Positions 1-37,156 of a stretch of DNA of 64,000 nucleotides are shown in pieces. The notes beneath the pieces were generated by a model that did not search any database, was not told where the DNA came from, and saw only the letters and a list, made by a program, of their open reading frames with translations. A program made the position numbers and the translations under genes. The number at the start of each line of letters is the position of its first letter. The stretch's first letter is position 1. Origin of the DNA: Schmidtea nova (taxonomy: Eukaryota); contig CM097882.1 of assembly GCA_044892505.1 (NCBI GenBank), positions 425,816,001 to 425,880,000 of the forward strand, given 5' to 3'.

Positions 1-1169
1 TAATGTATTCATTTATTTCAGAATTGCGCCTGGGGCGATCTTGATGCCGATATTGGCTTTATAGAATTGCTATATATCATCGAATGAGCCTTTTAAAATA
101 AGTAGGAAATTTGTTTAAAATTCCTTTAATTTAATTAAAATTATCTAACTTGTGAAAATTAAAAAGAACATTTTAATTAAAAAAAAGTGATAACATTTAT
201 TCCAAAACAAAAGATACTTCAAGGGCATTGTAGTGCCTTAGATTATAAATTTCTTTTTTTAATTAATTAACTTATTTAATAATTATCGAATGAGAGTTTA
301 AATGGCATTGTTTTAATATTCACTTTTTTCGACATACTTTTTTTCTCGATATTCAAATAAAATCTGACATGGTACAAGAAAAACTCACTATTTTCAATTC
401 AAAATCAAAAAAGAAGTCAAATGAAATATTTTCTAATCCAAACGTTGTGACGAATCCGAGATCTGTGGAAATACCGAGTGAAAAGAAGCTATCTGAATCG
501 AATACTTATAAGCTATCGAATAGTGTCAGTAACAATAATCAGTCATTGAATACGGGAATTCTTTCATCTTCATCTCAGTTATGTACTCCGCTTGGAATGG
601 CAAATACTCATTTACTCCAATAATTTCAAAACAATCCCCAATATTTCTCGTTCTTAAACATTCTTAATGAGTCTTCGATTTTCAGTGGCTGCAATATGAG
701 TCAGGTTAATGAATTTTCCGATGTCGGACTAATGGAAAAAAAAGCTAATAAAGAAAAAAAAATTAATTAAAGTTAATAAATTCCCAAATTGGAAACCCAG
801 AATGTGAAAGGAACCGAGCAGTATAGGAAGCCCGGGTAGTTAATAAAATGAATAATGTCATTAACAGGAAACTATCTCATGAACAGGACTGGTAAATCAC
901 TCCGGAACTACGGAAATAATCGTCAAAAAGCAATTATTATGTTTTGACAATGCCAGTATAATACGCTGAGCTGTTTGACAATAGAGCACAGCAGGACGAC
1001 ACCAGAAATCAAAATTTTTTTGCCGACGAAGAGTGTAAATCTTGTAACAATTGTAATTTATTGTTTTGAGAAGATAAATGAATTGTTCTGTGTTGAATTT
1101 TGTTGATAAATTTATATAGAAAGAACACGTGGAGTCAGAGAATAACCGACTTGTTAAATAATAACCCAC

Positions 1170-1215
<46 letters not shown>

Positions 1216-1269
1216 TGTGTGTGTATCTTGGTAGACTCATTTTCATCATCAGTTTGTAAATTAAAATTA

Positions 1270-1732
1270 CTGTAAAATCCCGAGTATAAGCTGCAGCTAA
1301 TACGTACATTAAGGCAACATTTCTGAATTGCAGCTAATATGATGTGCAGCTTATACAACTAAAAAACAATTCAAATCGAAGATAAGATTATTTATTTTAA
1401 TTTTTAACATCACACTCCTCAAAACCATCACACTTTTCATTGTCAATAAAAGTGAAATTTTCTAGTAATTGTTTCTTTTGTTTTTGTTCAGAATCGTTAT
1501 CCATTTTAATCAAGGATTCAAAAAGTGCAATAAACAATATAAACGATATAAACGATTAAAACAAAATGGTTTTTGTTTTTTTAATGATAGGTTGCTGATT
1601 TTTAAATCAGGTGTTTTCAACGCAAATGGTGCAGCTAATACGTGCTGCGGTTTATACGACTAAAAAATACATTTTTATAAAAATGTCATCTGCAACTAAT
1701 ACGCGCTGCAGCTTATACTCGGGATTTTACAG
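1270..1732. mobile_element. Non-autonomous pogo-like MITE, 463 bp
   Basis: 28-bp perfect TIR CTGTAAAATCCCGAGTATAAGCTGCAGC, TA on both sides, internal GCAGCTAATA repeats. Confidence 0.85.
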
Positions 1733-2444
1733 TATATTATAATTTAATACATTTATTATAATTTGGGTAATCTAATCTTTAGGGTTTTCATTAATTAATA
1801 ATCTTCAAAACTCTATTGGATAGTTTTCGGATCTGATTTATCAATTTACATTTAATGGGTGAATGCTACATACATTGGAGAGACTGCCTGTCATATAAGT
1901 ATTCAAGCTCTTGAACACTGTCAACCAAAATGATTGATTTATATAATTTAAAAATATTATTATATATTTATATAATTATTGAACATGTTATATGTGAAGT
2001 GTGGTTGTTGAAATCATTTGATATGAAAATAATTTTACAAAAAGCTGAAAATTTTTATGTTTTGAATGTTTTTTAATAATTAGGATGTTAACTTTTGTGA
2101 ATATAGATGGCTTCTGTTGGTGTTTTTTTTTAAATTAAAAGATTAAATTATTTTAAATTGTTGATGAATGTCAAAAAAGTTTTCAAAAATTTTAATTTTC
2201 ATATAAACTTATTCATATTTTATTTTTATCTAAAAATATTAAAATTATTTAATATAAAACTTGCCTAAATAATAAATTAAATAGATTTAGTACTATCTGA
2301 TGATGATATTGAACCTTTCGAAATATATTGTAAAACGGTTGTTTGATTAGAACATTTTAATAAAATAGATCACCGGAAATCGAAAATGAAATTATCAACA
2401 ATTGTAACAAATATTTTTTTGAAGTAAAATAGTTAATATTATAA

Positions 2445-2700
2445 ACTTTTGGTTTCACCTTTGATCTCTTTTCTTTTAATTCAATAATTTTAATTAATTT
2501 TTGAAAGACTAAATCAAATTTTTTTTATAGTTAAGTACACGTTATTTCGGCACAACCTTTATCAAGTGTGTATATCAAGTGTATATGCACACTTGATAAA
2601 TCCTTTGTGGAAATATCGCACACCTAACAATCAAAAAATATTTTTGATCTATAGTCATACAATTGTTAATATGAAACTTATTGATTTAAAAAAATAGTTA
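2445..2700. repeat. Palindromic foldback repeat, copy 1 of a family
   Basis: Imperfect long inverted arms around CAAGTGT..ACACTTG; related to 17045-17215, 17640-17810 and 29322-29560. Confidence 0.7.
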
Positions 2701-5589
2701 ATGATGTGAATTCAATTAAGTTTTTTGTTACAAATAAGTCATTGTATTTCCTTTTTTGTTACTTTTAGATATGTGATCTTCCACTTTTAAACGTATGCGA
2801 AAATTTAACTGCTCCTTTTGTTAAGGTTAAGACAAAAATTTAGTCATGTTCATTGTTTTTACTTTTCTTAATTCATTTTCAAAGTTCAGAAATCCAATTT
2901 CTTTACAGTAGTGAATAGTAATTTAAATTATACCATTGAAAATAATTCAATTAAATAATGACGAATACTTTCTCAATCAAAGTCTGATAGTAGTGACATT
3001 TCTGGATTGTATGAATAAAATGTCAATGAAATTATTTGTAATTTTAGATTTTAAAATTAATTGCAAAACTCAACTGACTTGCGGAACGAGAATAAGTTAT
3101 ATTAGATCGGATTGTTAGTCAAAAACAACCTGAGAAAACTATATAATTAGATGTGATAAAAATAGAAATGAGGTAAAAACAAGTTTTGGAGAATATTTTG
3201 CGTTTCACTGTTACAAAAGCCAATTTTAAAGATTTTAGCCCATCTAAAATTGTCGAAATACACGAAAGATGAATTGGAAATTTTTTTAAATATTTTAAAA
3301 TCAAATAAGAAATTTGTTCTAGTATTATCAGTTAACAGTACATCAAAGGGAACTAAATAGTCCATTAAAAAAACGACAAAATAAGTTAAATTTTGTGGAG
3401 TGATCAAGATCTTTTATAAATCGAAATATTTCAATAAAAAAACATTGCGAGAAAGGCTTACCAATTTATTTAATTAAATTATTATTAATGTTATTATTAA
3501 TATTTCCTGTGTCATATTTGTGTGATTATGAATGTATGATAAATAATTATCCTTCCGTCGTTCCAGTATTCTTGTATTGCAAGTGTATGCAGATTTACTT
3601 AGAAGAGATTGAAGATGTTCGTTTCATTCGTCAAAGAATGTGGATTGATATGCTAAAATTTACGATTGAAAGGCATATAAATTACCTCTAATTGTAATGC
3701 TTATGTTCATGGTGGCAAATAATTTTTAGTCATGAATGTATTAAGTTGTATATTGTCAAATGAATATATCGAGGAAATATATTTTAAAATATTAAGGAAA
3801 AATTTATTGAAATTTAAAAATAATTATATCTTAAAAATGTCTGATATATTAAAAAAGTATATTTTTTACAATAAATTGAGATTTAAAAATTATTATTAAA
3901 TTGTTTAAATTAATCTATTTATTTGGTCAATAGATATGGTGATGTTGAACTGAATCAACGTAAAAGGAGAATCATGTTCTCAAAATGTATTGTGTTTAAT
4001 AAATGTTTGAACATAATTTGTTGTTAATTATTATTATTAATTAATTATTATTATGAAAAATAGTAAAAAAATATTACTAATGACAAAAATTAAAAAAATC
4101 TTACCAATATTCAAGAACCGCGAATTTCGAATGTTGTGTAGTTGACTGGAAAATATATATAATTATTAATTGAAATTTTATAAAGTGGTTTTAAAATGAA
4201 TAATTATTTATTTAACCTTAAACTATTTTAAGAAATCCCCGTTTTTAATTAATTAAATATTTCATTTATAATTTTATCCAAATTTATAAATTTTATCCAT
4301 AAAATTAAAATCCTGCTGTATTTGCACTGTTAATTTTAAATTATTATTTTATGGAAATTATTTATTAAAATACTGGATTAGATAATTTTTATAATTAACT
4401 AAATCATTATTAAATTTTAAATAAAAAATTATATAATAAAAAAAATCGCATGTTTACATGATAAATTTAAAAATAATAACTCACAATATAATATTATTTC
4501 AAATTAAAAATATAATTTTGAAAGAATTCCAAGGTCATCTTTGATTAAGTGAATATTTATAACAATGTTTCAAGTTTGTTAAATCATTAGTTTTTATTTT
4601 TGAAAATAAATAATCCAAATTTTATTTACTTATATGACAAATAACATATATATTCTTATTTTTAGACGTTTTTTAATAATTATGTTGGCACCATAGCGGA
4701 TTTTAGTTTTATCTTAACCAAATAATTGTTGATTTAATCAGTAGTTACCCGCTGTAAGCAACATTTGTGCTGTTACAAATAGTTGAAAATACTCGTAAAA
4801 AGTAAGCTTTGTTTCCAAAAATATATTTGCTCGAGTAATTTCTCTGGGTTCATAAGCTATTGATAGTACATGTGTGCTCGATTTCGGTGTTCGGTTTCTT
4901 TCTTTCGTAATATAATTTAACCCTTGCTTCACTTTACTAATGTTCGTTCGCAAATTTTATTTATTTATTATTTTTATCCGATAAAACTAAAGTATATTTT
5001 AATATGAATGCAAATAATTAATTGCACATGATTTAATCATCGTTTATAGTGTTTTACGATCTTCTCCGCGACTCTTCCTTTCAACATCTATAGGTTTTGA
5101 TTATGATTTCTGTAAGATCATGACAGTAAAGTTGTGATAAATTATAAATTCGGGGGGGGGTATAATTTCTATTTCGGATTTATTAATTTCATTTACAAAG
5201 TAAGTGCAAGGCTTATCAAGTGGTTTTCAAGTAGGAAAGAGTAAAAGAATGTTATTATCTTACTATGAATTGGTTTCATCATACCGAAAGTATCGATTGT
5301 ATTATTTATTTACCTTGTCAGTTTAGCAGGATCTGAAATTTTAGTTCCACGTCATGGTGATGGTTTTATTTAACAATTTCAAGGGTAAAGCATTTAAACG
5401 TATTTGTTTAGCTAATTCGTCTTCTGTCCTGAAAATATTGTGGTAGATGGTTATGTCATTACAATTCTCACAAATAATTGCATAGGACAGTATGAAAACG
5501 ATAATAGGTATACCGGGAGTTCACATGGGGTTCATGGTCCTTAATAATCCCACAAGATGACATAAATTTTAAACATTCATTTATTTAGA

Positions 5590-6076
5590 CGTGAATTTGA
5601 TCGATATTGAAGACACGATGGTGATCCAGTTGTGTCGGGATAAAAGCCGGATGCTGATCGCCCAAAGGCAACGATTCGAAACTCAAAGAAGATGAATAGA
5701 TGGTCCCCTAAAAGCCCTGCCACTCGAAATCTCGATGCAGATGAACCAACGGGTGTGGCAATGGCGTCACGAACTACGCTCCGCCTGTCCGATTACAATA
5801 TGAATCCATGCAAGTCACGACATCTAGTACCACGGAGGTCTCAATTGCCTGATCCTGACAGATAAAGGATATCGTAACGAATATGCGGAATGGTTCGTGC
5901 TGATCAAGGATGAATTCGACCGTCCCAGGTCTTTATTATATTGGGGACACATCCCGCCATCGGTATTTAAAAGGCTAAGATTTCTTCTCATCAACCCTGC
6001 CCGACATCTCAGGAAAATTCAGCAGAGGGCCTTAAAGAATTGGAAGATATTCAAATCGGAGATAAGAGCTATCTGA
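5590..6076 (+). pseudogene. Unrecognised accessory coding region of LTR element A
   Basis: Frame 5696-6073 reads ...LKALP..WRHEL..PITI*IHASHDI*YHGG..WFVLIKDEFDRPRSLLY..RH, homologous to 47156-47680 (-). Confidence 0.65.
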
Positions 6077-6569
6077 AAGGATCTCCACATTCACCACATA
6101 TTTGCGTATAGGAAAGAATTTTGTCTAAATTAAGGTGTCTATTATCGTTAAATAAACATATTTTTGTGTGTTATAATGTTGTCCTGGTTTGGCTATTTAT
6201 TATTATTAATTACCATAACGATAACAATTTTATTTTTAACAATTTCTATTTTCCTCTCTTAAGATAATTTTTACATCATGGTGACTCCAAAGGTTATCGT
6301 CAACTCCAAAATTGATCATCGAACTCTAAAGAAGCCAATCGAACACCTAAAGAGCCAAATCTGTCAATTATTCGCCCAAAACACTGAGTTCGACACAGCT
6401 GGTTCGCTCCTTTGAAAATGAAGGAACAAGTGATGAAAACCGACAATACGAAGCTAGCAGCGGTCAAAGTGCAAATGGAAATGGAGTGGAATTAATCTAG
6501 ACGAATGGACCGTAAAGTGAAAAGAAGCGTAAGTCCTTCCATCGGCGGCAAGGAGCCCAAGAGAGGGAA

Positions 6570-6768
6570 TATAGTGAGGAGTAATTTTAGCAATAGAGCT
6601 CACCTGCTCACTAGATTCTCGCCACCGTGTACAGTACCAGCGTAGTTAGTTAGGCAATAACTATGGGTACACGAGTGTGATAGATTTATATTTTTGTTGG
6701 GCTATTGGTTATCATTATCCCTAGAAAGCGTTAATAAATTTTATAACAACACCTACACCAACCCAACA
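6570..6768 (+). mobile_element. 3' LTR of element A (Gypsy-like), ~200 bp
   Basis: Purine tract AAGAGAGGGAA immediately upstream, TATAGTG start (decayed TG), AATAAA, ends CCAACA; shares motifs with the split LTR at 43441/37040. Confidence 0.6.
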
Positions 6769-6790
6769 ATTTTATTTATTTTTCTAAATA

Positions 6791-7752
6791 CAGAATAAAC
6801 CAATAAGTTTTGTCCGGTGAAACATGTATAAATTTCAAAACATCAAAAATGTCAATCATCTGTGTCAGAGAGATGTTCAAAATATGCACCACTATGAAAG
6901 ACACATCGGTTCCATCGATCAGGCAGTTTCCTGATTCCATCGGCTAAGAAGCTGTGTGGTTTACTGTCCAACCAAGCGTCCAGAACCACTTGAATTTCAT
7001 CAACTCAGTTGAAATCTCTTCCACGAATCGCAGATATCAAAGGGGAAAACAAATAAAAATCGGATTGGAGAGGTCTGGGAGTAAGGGGGATGTGGCAGAA
7101 CAGTAAAACCAATGTCAGTAAGTTTTTGCACAGATTTGGCTGCCGTATGGGGTCATGCATTGTCGTTTGGATATTGAATTTGATGAAACCCACCACCAAG
7201 AAGACGGCGTCACTTTTGTTGCATTGCCGTCACCAGACGGGACAGCTGTTCGCAGTAAACATCGGCAGTGATTGTAGCACCCTGCGGCAGTCATTGATAT
7301 CAAGAGAGTGTCTCCCACATCGCTCTTTGTCTTCAACATCAAAGTTTCCTTCCTTGAAGTTTACAACCCAGCGTCGACAATGGGCTCATTTGTTGTGTCC
7401 TTCCCCAGTGTCAAAATCATTTCATTTGCAATCTGGGAAGGCACTAATCCACGTTTCCAATTGAAGTAGATTAACTTGCGGATATCCTCTCGTGCGAAAT
7501 TCATTTCAAATCGACGTATTCTAATGAAAACAAAAAGTATTTTAGTCAAACAAGAAATTTATTAAAAGTGCTTAATTCATGTAAAACATATCAAAGTTAA
7601 TAGCAATGTTAAAATTTATTAATAAGTGATTTTTTTTAATTTTACAATTCTACAACATATATGGCATAGACACACAGTTGCAGACCTATACACTCATTAC
7701 AGCATTGGAAAGCTGAGTATCAGCACCGGACAAAACTTATTGGTTTATCCTG
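6791..7752 (-). mobile_element. Internally deleted mariner element, 962 bp
   Basis: 29-bp TIR CAG(A/G)ATAAACCAATAAGTTTTGTCCGGTG, TA flanks; transposase remnants (IRKLIYFNWKRG; SDFYLF; GIRKLPDRWNRCV). Confidence 0.88.
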
Positions 7753-7921
7753 TATTTCTAGTTAATTTGCTAAAACGATTTAAGTATACATCGTATTGTG
7801 TATAAGGTGTTAATGCTTTCTTATTGATTGGTTAAAATAATCAAATTTAAATTAATTCTTTTTTTATTTTAATCTCTGTGATTTTAACAATATTTCAATA
7901 GGAATTTTTTCTAAAGATTTT

Positions 7922-8697
7922 GGATCAAGTATTTTATACCCCCAATTAAGGATCAAGTATTTTATACCCCCTGATTAAATTGTAATTAATAAACACAAAT
8001 TAAATGTAATGATTAAAGGCATGCAATTAAAGAGATAAAAATAATTATATTTATGTTAACAACTCGTCATATTTTAATTAACGTAAGCAAATCATCAAAA
8101 CAATTTTCAGTATGCCGTTCTCTCCACATAAAATCAACCAAAAATCGTTTCCTCGCTTCTAAAGTCAACCCTTTCATCATTTTGATTGCGTACTTCAACT
8201 TCCCATTATAACTTTCGACATTTTGTGTGTGTACACCAGTAATTGGACAGGCGGTTATTCTCGAAAAAGCTTCCCTGCCGCACACTTTTGGTGTTTTGGT
8301 ATTTGAGGCATGTGGTTACCATACACCGCCACTGATAACAATCAATGTAATCCTTGCAATGTTTCAATTGCATAGCCTGTCCACAACTGTCGCAAATGCA
8401 GGCAGAGTGATACAGTCCTTTTGAAAACATCCAGTGTAATAGTTGAATCAACATCGTCTGTAAAGTATCTAAATGCATGGGTTTTTTGAAATTCATAATT
8501 TAAATTAGATTTTTTATAATTAACCCTTAAACAAGTGTCAATAGTATAAGATAATAGTATAGATTAGTATAATTTGAAATTTGAAAAATTATTTATATAT
8601 TATTTTTAGCCATAATGCATATATGCATTATATAAAGTTAAAGGGTTAATATCAAATATTTTATACCCCCCTGCGGGGGGTATAAAATACTTGATCC
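7922..8697 (-). mobile_element. Internally deleted Merlin (IS1595/ISXO2-like) element, 776 bp
   Basis: TIR GGATCAAGTATTTTATACCCCC; perfect 8-bp TSD AAGATTTT; N-terminal Cys cluster (CDSCG..YQWRC..SVRQGSFF) joined to C-terminal GVHTQNVES..FMWR with the core deleted. Confidence 0.9.
8524..8645. mobile_element. piggyBac-like mini-MITE, 122 bp, nested in the Merlin element
   Basis: TTAA|CCCTT...AAAGGG|TTAA with an internal 20-bp palindrome (8612-8631). Confidence 0.7.
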
Positions 8698-10229
8698 AAG
8701 ATTTTAATAAATTATTCTTTTTATTTTCATAGATTGATCATGTTATTTCGTATTTTAATACTATCTATGATCATTTTTTATTCAATTTTCTTGCGAACTT
8801 CAATCAAATTTTGTGCTGTCTTATGAGATGCATTTTTCTATTGTTTTATATTTACCTTGAATGACTTATGAAATGCTGTTCGTATACTTACTATTTTGTG
8901 CATGTTTTCTCTTGTGATTTAATATTTTATTTCTCCAATAGTTTATGATTAATTTTCTGCTGTTGTAACTTAGTGTTATTATGTATTATCGTGGGTTTTG
9001 AATTTACCTCTTTTATGTGTACATATTTTTAGACGCGTTAAAACTTAATAAATCTCGCTACTTTAAGTCCAACATATGAAACACAAGAATTTTACCCCGA
9101 AATTTACATACAACACACCATGCAGACAATAGGAAATATATAGAAGCTAGAAAAAACAAGAAAATTAACATATATTTATCACCCAGGCTGAAACTTGTGA
9201 GTCATATAAATAAACGAATTCGCTGATTGAATTTTATTTGTTTTCTAATGTGTGATTCTCTAGCCACTTTGCCTCCTTCTCCACAATGACGGATAAGATT
9301 ACTCTAAGGATAATTAACTCTAATTAAATGTCAGTTTTGGAAACATTATAGATTATGTAATTTTGTTAAGGATCGTTAAATGGTCATTAATATGTATATA
9401 TAAACTATGTCAAAGGATATAACTATAAAACATAAATAATTAACTAATTTCATTGGAAAATTATACAAATATTTTGATCTTCCAGTTATCTAAAATGAAA
9501 TTTTCCTAATTTAGTCCTTCGAGGTTTGACTTAGATATGCTTTTCTTAAAAACTCCTTTACTTATATTAAATATTTAAACTATCTACTTAAAATAGTCAT
9601 AATAACGTTAACTAAATTAGGGAAATCATGTAGATTTGAACAATAAAAGATATCTAAGTAATTCATTATCAGCAATCTTTTATGTCGCAATAAACTTGCC
9701 TTTCGATGATTATTGTCAAATTGATAAATTCAGAATTGACAATCAATAATTAAGAGATTTAGAAAATCTTATAGAAAATCAATAAATTACTATTATTACG
9801 ATTATTCAATAATAGAGAATGTCAACAAATTTATAATTATCATGTATTTAATTTTACAACTGAATTTTAAAAATATTGATTGAATATAAAAATTCAAACT
9901 GAAAAAACCAAAAAAATTCAAAAAATTTTTGAAAGAATTTTCTGTGAAACATAAATTATTATTAATATTTCCATCATCATTACACATCCCACCCAACTGG
10001 CAAATGGTTAACGAATTAATTTAATATAAATCACGATAACTTTTTCTTTATTTGTAAATCCTTTGCAATGATTTTAAAATAAAAAAATAACGCATTTCAA
10101 AGTAATAAATACATAATTTTTTTTAAAAAAAAAGCAAAAATAAATTCATAAAATATCATTTTGACTTTGAAAATACACACGATAATAATATATATATATT
10201 ATATATTTTTATATAATATATATTATTAT

Positions 10230-34906
<24,677 letters not shown>

Positions 34907-36849
34907 TCACTATTATTCAGTAATAAATTACGATTTTCTTCATATTTTTAAGTAAAACAAATACATGAAAAAACTGACAAACTTACATTAATATGCTAGT
35001 TTTATCTTTTCATGGTGACAAGCTTTGGACATAACGCATAAAGTTTTAATAATAAGATAGATTATTAAAACATTCTTAATTATGTGGTCTATTTAATTTA
35101 TTATTTTTTATCAATTATTATTTAAAAAGTGATACTTTGAAATTACATATTATTTAAGTTAATAGAAATAAAATTGAATTGAAAAAGTAATTTAATTATT
35201 ATACAAGAAATTTAAGTTATTTTATTATACAAATTATATTACACTTAGAAATAAAATGAACTAGTTTAATTTGAAATAATCCTAATTTTAAAAACTGTTA
35301 GTTTCAAATAACTAAGCGTTTGTATTTTTACGCATTTTTTATTTATTTGAGAGCAGAAAAATATTGTCAACCACTTTTTACTATTGATGGACTTAAACAG
35401 AACCCAAATGAACTTTGTGGTTGGTTTTTGGTCATACGTTAAAACTAATTACCTTGACTCATTTCCAATAACCTGGTATATAAACAATAATTAACCATAT
35501 TGTTGCCTGTTACATTGTAAAGTTGGTACTGCAGCAAATAGGTGGAAATTCAAAAAAATGAGTGCCGATTGATTCGGAACTATAATTGACTGAATATAAC
35601 TGGTTGGTCCAAGGGCGACCGATAGAAGATACTTTGCTAGTTTTTATCCCTTCATTTTCCGCAGATAACTATAATTATCTATATTATTATTAAATTTAAG
35701 TTATTCACTAATTATCCAACTTGATTAAAACAATTTTTTATTTTCTTTTCTTTAAAATTCTTACGTGCTTGAAATTCATGGATTTTACTATATATACTTA
35801 ATTATAACTTATAAATGTTAACAAAATAAATAAAGTAAACAAAAGATATAATAACATACAATGATTAAAACAAATACAATAGAACTACAAATTAAAAATT
35901 AAAACAGAACTAGAAAAATTAATGTAAATCAGTAGCATTTAAATCAATAGTTGGGTGATCATTTAATGATGAAGCTTCTTCTAACTCAGGAATGTCAACG
36001 AAACTAATTTTGTTGTTTTTTAATTATCCCAACAGACTAGCTTTCTGTCGTCTCTTATGACGAGCTCGGATGACTTTGCTGGGTCTAAAGCACCTTTTAA
36101 GCGCTTGTGTTGAGTAGAAACTGGGTTAGATTGTGAAATAAATACTGAACGATTTTCAGGGAAAAGTTACATTGTCAGCATGGAAGATGAATAAAACTAC
36201 CATGGCGAGACCAAAATCTGTGTGACACTTTGCCAACGTCCCTTCACTATTTTTTACATTCATTTTTAGTTCAAAAATAATGATTGCATCTTTCTCGGCT
36301 TGTTTGACTGGGATTTGATTTTGTTTGCGGCTATTTTCTAGCTTATCCGCACTTACCAACTTTGCCTCCATTTTGCGGCAACGAATCTTCATCTTTTACA
36401 GCTGGTCATTTAGCGATTTATTTTCACTCATTAATTTGTGTTTGACATTTTCACTCTCTCTGGATCTCTTATTGTTTGTTTTGAATCTTCCGTCAATGTG
36501 GAGAACGATGTTTTAAATTTCTTCCATGTTCTAAAGAAAACTAATAATAAAATGTTTGTATTGGTATATGAAATTAACTATGTAATAAATTTAATCTTCA
36601 GAGTATACCGCGTTTTCATCAATCCGCCATTTATCATGTTCCAGAAGAGTTTCGCAAGCTTTTCATAATATTTTAAAAGTTTTTCATTAATGTTAGAATT
36701 TCTGGACCGTGATTGGGTGTCTAGTTTGGTTTATCGTTTGTTGAACCCATTTGGATTACACCAATATTTACTTTTGAATTAATTGTTGAATAGTTTTGGC
36801 GGTTTCTATATTTGTTATAGGGTTTTAAATTAATGTTTTGCTTCAGTAT

Positions 36850-36990
36850 TCTACTATTAGGTTGTAGTACACTAGGAAGTCAGCTCCTATTATTGATTGC
36901 TGTACGTCTGTAATTATAAAACGCCCAGCTATACTTTTTCGAGTTGATTGTTAATGTACGCGTGTATTGGCCATATGTTTGATGCTGGTG
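36850..36990 (-). pseudogene. Gypsy aspartic protease C-terminal fragment
   Basis: QTYGQYTRTLTI..YSWAF(fs)IITDVQQSIIGADFLVYYNL matches the retropepsin ILGADFL motif. Confidence 0.65.
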
Positions 36991-37156
36991 CTGTTGGCGC
37001 TAGTCAAGGGTTTTCAACATTTTTAGAATTTTTGCTTCGTGTTTAATTTACAAAAATTGGTAAACCTTGTTCAATTTAATCCATGATGTTCTAGGGTCAC
37101 GACACACACATAAAAAATATTACAGTCCATGTACCCGTAAATACCCTAGGTACTTA

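Noticed and set aside
369-1170. Ser/Asn-rich ORF 369-623 and coding-like sequence to ~1170
   Set aside because: No recognisable motif and multiple stops; may be retroelement debris but cannot be supported.
897-1358. 153-aa minus-strand ORF
   Set aside because: Runs through a (TA)n tract and a MITE end; chance frame.
5801-5827. The 27-nt TGA..TAG stretch as a self-contained mini-intron
   Set aside because: No shared GT or GC donor at its 5' side in the two copies.
36000-36660. Minus-strand coding-like segments with splice-like signals
   Set aside because: Stops in all frames and no recognisable motif.
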